A stretch of 64,000 nt of DNA from Bacteroidales bacterium (GTDB lineage Bacteria > Bacteroidota > Bacteroidia > Bacteroidales > VadinHA17), in assembly GCA_032260385.1 (NCBI GenBank), contig JAVVEL010000015.1:862-64861 (forward strand), given 5' to 3'. Every line of letters starts with the position of its first letter. Position 1 is the stretch's first letter. The translations under genes and the position numbers were made by a program. Shown here in pieces: positions 57,612-64,000 of the stretch. The notes beneath the pieces are model-generated. The model searched no databases, was not told the origin of the DNA, and was given only the letters and a program-made list of their open reading frames with translations.

Positions 57612-59204
57612 TCAATTTCTTAAAAGAGAAAGAAATTTATTACTGTCACCTATTATTTCAAGGGCTTTATCAATAACATTATCATCCTTGTTAACAATCT
57701 CATAGTACTCCGACATATCCCATATGTCTCTGGCAACCAATCCTTTGATTATCATTCTTATTTGTTTCCCGGAAATTGCATATTCATCTTCAACAAAACT
57801 GACACCCATTTCGTTTCCCAGCTTTATCAGCCTGTCCATATCAGAGTCTTTGAATGAAAAGTTTTCACGGAACTGTTTAAAAGACTGGTACTGTCTGCTT
57901 AGCCTGTTCCGGTTACTGTCAACATAATCCAGGGAATACTGAGTTATGACATTTTTATTCACCAGGTCCCTGTAATAAGCAGAATAGCCACTGGTATCCG
58001 CAGGGATGAAGATATCCGGCATTATACCTCCTCCACCATATACCTGTCTTTCATTTATCAGGGTATAATATTTCAATGAATCAGGAAAACTAATACTGTC
58101 GGCAGACATCATTTCCCCGTTTGTAAATCTTGAATAAAAATCGGTCATATACTTTTCCACACCCTGGTCATAAGGCCTTTGGATAAGCCGGCCCGAAGGA
58201 GTAAAATATCTTGCTACGGTAAGGCGTACGGCTGAACCGTCACCCAGGTTAAAAGCATTCTGTACCAGGCCTTTTCCAAAAGTCCTGCGTCCCAGTACCA
58301 GTCCGCGATCCCAATCCTGGATGGCTCCGGCTACTATCTCGCTTGCAGAAGCCGATCCCTCATCAACAAGGACAATAACCCTTGCCTTATTCATCTGTCC
58401 TCCCTCCTTTGTATAAAAATCCTGTCTGGGCGTCCTCAATCCTTCCAGGTAAACAATCAGTCTTTCTTTCTCAAAAAAATGATCACAAACCCTTATTGCC
58501 GCTTCAAGATATCCTCCTGTGTTACCCCGCAAATCTATAATCAGGTGTTCCATGTTTTTACTGATAAGGTCATCTACCGCATCGTTGAATTCCTGCTCTG
58601 TGGTAAGTGAAAAATTACTTAGTTTGATATAGCCTACCTTATCAGCGGCCATATATGAAGCAAGCAGGCTGTTAACGGGCAGCTCGTCACGAATGATCTG
58701 ATACTCCAGTATCCTGTCAGTGCCTCTTCTAAAAATTCCGACCCTCACAACAGTTCCCTTATCGCCCAGCAGCTTTTTCCTTACTCCGGTGGTGCTTATC
58801 CCGATACCTGCCACATTTTCCCCGTCAATTGTCACTATACGGTCACCCGGACGCAGGCCTATTTTTTCTGACGGTCCGCCGGGCATCGGTGCAATAACGA
58901 GTATTGAGTCGTGTAAGATATTAAATTCAATACCTATCCCTTCAAAGCTGCCTTCCAGGCGCTGGTTAATCTCCTCCAGTTCCTCAGCCGAGATATACAC
59001 GGAATGAGGGTCAAGGTGACTAAGTAATTCAATTATGGCCTCTTCCGTAAGCTTTGCCTGGTCAACACTGTCGACATAAAATGCTTCCACCAGGGCCAGT
59101 GTTCTTCCAAACTTCATTGTCTGGTCTGAAAACATCTGCCCTTTTAAGCCAGGGATTGTGAAAATAAATATCAAGGCCGATAACATCACTAATCTTCTGC
59201 TCAT
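57612..59204 (-). CDS. S41 C-terminal processing peptidase
   Basis: LDPHS, GIGI PDZ motif, DLRGNTGG, SASASEI, FGKGLVQ and GGGIMPD. Start placed at MSRRL. Confidence 0.95.
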   Translation of the reverse strand: MSRRLVMLSALIFIFTIPGLKGQMFSDQTMKFGRTLALVEAFYVDSVDQAKLTEEAIIELLSHLDPHSVYISAEELEEINQRLEGSFEGIGIEFNILHDSILVIAPMPGGPSEKIGLRPGDRIVTIDGENVAGIGISTTGVRKKLLGDKGTVVRVGIFRRGTDRILEYQIIRDELPVNSLLASYMAADKVGYIKLSNFSLTTEQEFNDAVDDLISKNMEHLIIDLRGNTGGYLEAAIRVCDHFFEKERLIVYLEGLRTPRQDFYTKEGGQMNKARVIVLVDEGSASASEIVAGAIQDWDRGLVLGRRTFGKGLVQNAFNLGDGSAVRLTVARYFTPSGRLIQRPYDQGVEKYMTDFYSRFTNGEMMSADSISFPDSLKYYTLINERQVYGGGGIMPDIFIPADTSGYSAYYRDLVNKNVITQYSLDYVDSNRNRLSRQYQSFKQFRENFSFKDSDMDRLIKLGNEMGVSFVEDEYAISGKQIRMIIKGLVARDIWDMSEYYEIVNKDDNVIDKALEIIGDSNKFLSLLRN

Positions 59205-59275
59205 ATTTAAGATTTTGTATTTACAAAAATGTTCATTAACCGGTATGGATCTTCTGATCCATGTCACCGCAGGGT

Positions 59276-60805
59276 TTATTCCCATTCTATTGTTGCAGGC
59301 GGTTTTGAGCTTATGTCATAAACCACCCTGTTGATTCCCTTTACCTTATTTATTATGGAATTGGAGACCTGTCCAAGGAGATCGTATGGAAGATGTGACC
59401 AGTCAGCAGTCATTCCGTCTGTTGATTCTACAGCCCTGAGGACTATGGTATTTTCATAGGTCCGTTCATCTCCCATAACACCAACCGATTGCACGGGCAA
59501 AAGGATTACTCCTGCCTGCCATACCCTGTCATAAAGACCTGCCTTCTTCAGACCTTCAATAAATATATCGTCAGCCTCCTGCACCATTCGTACTTTTTCT
59601 CTTGTTACAGGCCCCAGTATTCTTATGGCCAGGCCGGGACCTGGAAAGGGGTGACGATTCAGAATTATACCGGGCATATCCATTGCCATTCCAACCTTCC
59701 TGACCTCATCCTTAAAAAGAAGTTTCAGTGGTTCAACCACCTTAAGCTTCATTATTTCTGGTAAACCACCGACATTATGGTGTGACTTTATTGTGGCTGA
59801 GGGACCATTAACTGAGACTGATTCAATAACATCAGGATAGATTGTACCCTGTGCCAGCCATTTCACATCCTTAACTTTTGCCGCTTCTCTTTCAAATACG
59901 TCAATAAAAACCCTTCCTATTATCTTTCTCTTTTTCTCAGGATCACCCTCCCCTTCAAGTTGTTCAAGAAATTCTTCAGCAGCATCAATATCCCTCACAT
60001 TCAATCCCAGTCCCTGATAAGAATCCAGGACTTTACTGATTTCATTTTTTCGCAGGAGCCCGTTATCGACAAATATGCAGGTGAGATTTTTCCCTATCGC
60101 CTTGTTCAGAAGATAGGCAGCTACCGATGAATCAACGCCCCCGCTCAGGCCCAGAACCACCCTGTCGTTGCCAAGGGTGTTTTTCAGTTCCCTGACTGTT
60201 GATTCCACAAAGGAAGCTGGTGTCCATGTTTGCTCACAGGCACAGATGCCCAGGACAAAGTTTGAGAGTATCTCCTTACCCTGTACAGTGTGGTATACCT
60301 CTGGGTGAAACTGTATTCCCCATGTCTCTTCTCCTTCTACACGATATGCACCGACGCGTACATCATCAGTTGACCCGATTATCTTATAGTCAGAAGGAAT
60401 TTCCTCAATGGTATCACCATGTGACATCCAAACCCGGGTTCCGGTTTCAACATTTTTAAACAGGGGATCGGCATTATCAAGATATATCATTTTCGCCCTT
60501 CCGTATTCCCTGGTATTCGAAGCATGCACCTTCCCCCCGTAATTATGTGCAAGGTGCTGTGCACCGTAACATACACCCAGGAGGGGTTTCGTACCTTTTA
60601 TGCTTCGCAGGTCAGGCACAGGAGCACCCTTATCCCTTACAGAAAAGGGACTCCCCGACAGGATAACGCCCCTGGTGTATTCATCCGGTTCAGGGAAATG
60701 CATGTAAGGATGAATCTCACAATAAACGTTAAGCTCCCTGACGCGACGTGCTATCAGCTGGGTATACTGCGAGCCAAAATCAAGTATTAAGATTTTTTCC
60801 TGCAC
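59276..60805 (-). CDS. guaA: GMP synthase (glutamine-hydrolysing)
   Basis: [35 protein letters not shown] and [12 protein letters not shown] start at 60805, downstream of TATCTTTG at 60833-60840. Confidence 0.98.
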   Translation of the reverse strand: MQEKILILDFGSQYTQLIARRVRELNVYCEIHPYMHFPEPDEYTRGVILSGSPFSVRDKGAPVPDLRSIKGTKPLLGVCYGAQHLAHNYGGKVHASNTREYGRAKMIYLDNADPLFKNVETGTRVWMSHGDTIEEIPSDYKIIGSTDDVRVGAYRVEGEETWGIQFHPEVYHTVQGKEILSNFVLGICACEQTWTPASFVESTVRELKNTLGNDRVVLGLSGGVDSSVAAYLLNKAIGKNLTCIFVDNGLLRKNEISKVLDSYQGLGLNVRDIDAAEEFLEQLEGEGDPEKKRKIIGRVFIDVFEREAAKVKDVKWLAQGTIYPDVIESVSVNGPSATIKSHHNVGGLPEIMKLKVVEPLKLLFKDEVRKVGMAMDMPGIILNRHPFPGPGLAIRILGPVTREKVRMVQEADDIFIEGLKKAGLYDRVWQAGVILLPVQSVGVMGDERTYENTIVLRAVESTDGMTADWSHLPYDLLGQVSNSIINKVKGINRVVYDISSKPPATIEWE

Positions 60806-60868
60806 CTTGGTTTCTCTTTGCGATATGAAGTGCAAAGATAAGTATTCTTTTATTTGTTAAGCCCTTAT

Positions 60869-61780
60869 TCAAACCTGAATTACCGAACCTTCTTCGGCGG
60901 CAATGGTTTCAGAAAATATTTTTCTTGCTTCTTCCAGGAGAATACTCACGTCCCTGTACCTGGCTGAAAAATGACCGATGATCAGTTTCCCTGCTCCTGC
61001 GTTTATTGCTATCGTAGCCGCCTGTTCTGAAGTTGAATGTCCCGTTTTGGCTGCCAGCTCTTTGTGCCCCGAAGCAAAGGTTGCTTCATGGTAGAGGAGG
61101 TCAACACCACGGACGAATTCGGAAAGCCTCCTGAAATGAGCCGTATCACTGCAATAGGCAAAAGATCTAGGTTTTGGAGGATCAGTGCTTATTATATTGT
61201 TGGGTATAATATTGCCGTCATCTGTGCGAAAGTCGGCTCCCTCCTTTATTTTATGTATCTCCGACAATGGAATATTATATTTATCAATAGCCTCTTTAAT
61301 TATATTTCTTTCTTTTTCTTTTTCCCTGAAGAGAAAGCCGAAGGCAGGAACACGGTGTTGCAGCGGCAGGGAAAGGACGGAGATATTTTTATCCTCGTGT
61401 ATTTTAACGGGTTCCCTGCCTCCAAGGGCTACAAATTCTATATCGAAATTCAGGTGTATGTCAAAATCTGCCAGGTGGGTAAAGAGTAGCTCCCGGAAAG
61501 AGGCCGGTGCATATAATCTCAATGGCGATTCGCGACCCGACAGGTTCATTGATGAGAGGAGTCCGTAAAGCCCGAATACATGATCGCCATGCAGGTGGGA
61601 TATAAATATGTGGTGTATACGGCCGTATTTTATCCTGTACTTTCTGAGCTGCATTTGTGTACCCTCGCCACAATCAATCAAAAAGAACCGCTCATGTACA
61701 TTAAGCACATGAGCGGATGGATATCTTTCAGAAGTCGGCAGTGCTGAACTGCTGCCCAGTATGGTCAATTCAAAAACCAC
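60869..61780 (-). CDS. rnz: Ribonuclease Z
   Basis: DCGEGTQ, SHLHGDH, YCSDT, HEATF, HST and HFSARY. Confidence 0.95.
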   Translation of the reverse strand: MVFELTILGSSSALPTSERYPSAHVLNVHERFFLIDCGEGTQMQLRKYRIKYGRIHHIFISHLHGDHVFGLYGLLSSMNLSGRESPLRLYAPASFRELLFTHLADFDIHLNFDIEFVALGGREPVKIHEDKNISVLSLPLQHRVPAFGFLFREKEKERNIIKEAIDKYNIPLSEIHKIKEGADFRTDDGNIIPNNIISTDPPKPRSFAYCSDTAHFRRLSEFVRGVDLLYHEATFASGHKELAAKTGHSTSEQAATIAINAGAGKLIIGHFSARYRDVSILLEEARKIFSETIAAEEGSVIQV

Positions 61781-61795
61781 TCTCCCGGAATGGTC

Positions 61796-62134
61796 TTATG
61801 ATATCATTTTTTCAGCATCTGATACAGTATCGGTTATGTTTAAAACCGTATCGAGCTGAGAAATTGTTATCAGTCTTTCCACAGCATCATTCAGACCACA
61901 AAGGACAAAGGTTCCTCCTGCATTTTTACAGAGCCTGTTGGCAACAAGTATTGCACTCAGTCCTGAGGAATCACAGTATTCGCACTTTTCAAGGTCTAGA
62001 ATGATGTTTTTTTCACCTTTCCCTGAGACCAGCACCAGCTCCGATTTCAGTGCGGGAGCAACATGAGTATCGAGCTTTTCAGTCTGGACCTGGATTAAAG
62101 TGCTGTTGTTTTTACTTTCAATATTAAAATCCAT
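61796..62134 (-). CDS. STAS anti-sigma-factor antagonist
   Basis: KLDTHVAPALK, LDLEKCEYCDSSGLSAIL and ISQLD. Start placed at MDFNIE. Confidence 0.9.
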   Translation of the reverse strand: MDFNIESKNNSTLIQVQTEKLDTHVAPALKSELVLVSGKGEKNIILDLEKCEYCDSSGLSAILVANRLCKNAGGTFVLCGLNDAVERLITISQLDTVLNITDTVSDAEKMIS

Positions 62135-62164
62135 GACTTTCAAAATTTATAAGCTCTAATTTAA

Positions 62165-64000
62165 TTATTTTTTCTCAGATTTGGAAGATTTGTTCTCTTT
62201 TTCTTCCATTTCTTCCTTAAGTGCTGCAAGATCAGTTATATCTCCAAGGGTTGTTTTTTCAAGGTTAGACTTCAGCTTCTTTGTTGCCCTCCTGGTGGCT
62301 GCTGCTTCACTCTTTTTTGCACCATGCTCTGTTGCCCTCTTCTCATCCTCAAAAATCCTGCTGTGTGACAGTATTATCTTCTTGGCACTCTTATTAAATT
62401 CTATAACCTTAAATTCGAGCTTCTCATCAATCCTACCGCTTGTTCCGTCTTCCTTTACAAGGTGTTTGGGTGTTACAAATCCTTCCACACCATAAGGCAG
62501 TGCCACCACTGCACCCTTATCAAAGACGTCGATTATTGTTCCTTCGTGTACGGTATCAACCTCGAATACATCCTCAAATACATCCCATGGATTCTCTTCA
62601 AGCTGCTTATGACCCAGGCTCAGCCTGCGGTTTTCCTTATCTATCTCAAGCACTACAACCTCTATTTCTGAATCTATGGAAGTAAATTCGGCCGGATGCT
62701 TTATTTTCTTTGTCCATGACAGATCAGATATGTGTATTAGTCCGTCAACACCTTCTGCTATCTCAACAAAGACACCGAAATTGGTGAAATTGCGGACCCT
62801 TGCCGTATGTTGACTTCCAACAGTATATTTTTCATCTATTTTCTCCCATGGGTCGGGCTTCAGTTGCTTGATGCCGAGCGACATCTTACGCTGCTCACGG
62901 TCAAGTGTCAGTATTACGGCTTCAACCTCATCGCCCACGTTCATAAACTCCTGTGCACTCCTCAGGTGCTGTGACCAGGACATTTCAGATACGTGTATCA
63001 GTCCTTCCACACCGGGTGCAATCTCAACAAAGGCACCATAGTCGGCCATTACGACAACCTTGCCCTTTACCTTGTCACCTATCTTGAGATTTTCATCGAG
63101 CGAATCCCACGGATGCTCGGTGAGCTGCTTCAGACCAAGTGCTATTCTCTTCTTGTCATCATCAAAATCGAGGATAACAACATTGAGTTTTTCATCAAGC
63201 TGAACAATCTCTTCAGGATGATTTACCCTTCCCCATGAAAGGTCAGTGATGTGAATAAGTCCGTCAACACCTCCGAGATCAATAAATACCCCGTAAGAAG
63301 TGATATTTTTAACTGTACCTTCAAGCACCTGTCCTTTTTCCAGTTTGGCAATGATCTCCTTCTTTTGTAATTCAAGCTCTGCCTCAATGAGAGCCTTGTG
63401 TGATACTACAACATTCTTGAATTCATGATTTATCTTAACAACCTTGAATTCCATTGTTTTGCCTACATATACATCATAATCCCTGATGGGTTTTACGTCT
63501 ATCTGTGAACCCGGTAGGAAGGCTTCTATTCCAAACACATCCACTATCATACCTCCCTTGGTACGGCATTTTATATAGCCGTTGATAATTTCATCTTTCT
63601 CCAGTGCTTCATTAACCCTGTCCCAGGACTTAAGTGCCCTTGCCCTTTTATGCGAGAGTACCAGCTGGCCTTTTTTATCCTCCTGGCTCTCAACGTATAC
63701 TTCCACCTTATCCCCAACTTTCAGGTTGGGATTATAGCGAAACTCGTTAAGACTTATTACGCCTTCGGATTTGAAGCCTATATTTATTACGACTTCGCGC
63801 TTGTTCATTGAGATTACAGTGCCTTCAACCACCTCATCTTCAGCAATGGTCGACAGGGTTTTGTCGTACATCTCTTCATATTGCTTCTGCCTTAGTGATT
63901 TTTTCGTATCCTCTTTTTCAAAAGCATCCCAGTCAAATTCCTCAACAGATTCATCCGCCACCACCTTAGCCTTAGTCTCAGCTTTAACCTCTTCTGCTTC
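62165..64000 (-). CDS. rpsA: 30S ribosomal protein S1, 5' end beyond the window
   Basis: Six S1 repeats (AFLPGSQID, DGLIHITDLSW, EGLIHVSEMSW). The frame stays open past 63964 to the window end (EAEEVKAETKAKVVADE). Confidence 0.98.
   Translation of the reverse strand, partial: EAEEVKAETKAKVVADESVEEFDWDAFEKEDTKKSLRQKQYEEMYDKTLSTIAEDEVVEGTVISMNKREVVINIGFKSEGVISLNEFRYNPNLKVGDKVEVYVESQEDKKGQLVLSHKRARALKSWDRVNEALEKDEIINGYIKCRTKGGMIVDVFGIEAFLPGSQIDVKPIRDYDVYVGKTMEFKVVKINHEFKNVVVSHKALIEAELELQKKEIIAKLEKGQVLEGTVKNITSYGVFIDLGGVDGLIHITDLSWGRVNHPEEIVQLDEKLNVVILDFDDDKKRIALGLKQLTEHPWDSLDENLKIGDKVKGKVVVMADYGAFVEIAPGVEGLIHVSEMSWSQHLRSAQEFMNVGDEVEAVILTLDREQRKMSLGIKQLKPDPWEKIDEKYTVGSQHTARVRNFTNFGVFVEIAEGVDGLIHISDLSWTKKIKHPAEFTSIDSEIEVVVLEIDKENRRLSLGHKQLEENPWDVFEDVFEVDTVHEGTIIDVFDKGAVVALPYGVEGFVTPKHLVKEDGTSGRIDEKLEFKVIEFNKSAKKIILSHSRIFEDEKRATEHGAKKSEAAATRRATKKLKSNLEKTTLGDITDLAALKEEMEEKENKSSKSEKK

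Noticed and set aside
1-64000. CRISPR arrays, tRNA/rRNA, IS elements, integrases, prophage, riboswitches or known defence systems
   Set aside because: All intergenic gaps are short (under about 230 bp) and none showed these patterns by eye; no ORF carried such motifs. A covariance-model scan was not possible.

Overview
Gene-dense chromosomal segment of a Bacteroidota bacterium, probably an anaerobic Bacteroidales lineage. The assignment rests on TAnnTTTG -7 promoter boxes, AT-rich leaders without Shine-Dalgarno motifs, Gln at +1 after signal peptides, and the rpsA-STAS-rnz and ECF-sigma/uvrA gene orders. It holds about 53 CDS: housekeeping genes (ssb, iorAB, cdaA, folP, tmk, tpiA, rsmE, uvrA, serA, serC, gcvT, guaA, rnz, rpsA) plus envelope proteins, hydrolases and signalling proteins. 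I saw no rRNA, tRNA, CRISPR array, transposase or prophage. Two real genes are missing from the ORF track: a partial beta-barrel gene at 1-522 and an Arc/RHH gene at 35729-35896. Best leads: (i) five helically phased TAA(A/G/C)CGA-like repeats between a Zn-finger gene and a tail-less ssb; (ii) an orphan SiaB-SiaC pair converging on a TerB/FHA-like ABCG transporter, next to Hpt and STAS genes; (iii) tmk in the slot I recall DUF1599 occupying in other Bacteroidota; (iv) a 1500-aa exported beta-rich protein with an embedded winged helix; (v) a clamp-binding-like tail on SRAP; (vi) several apparent pseudo-enzymes. All family calls come from motif recognition by eye; no searches were run.
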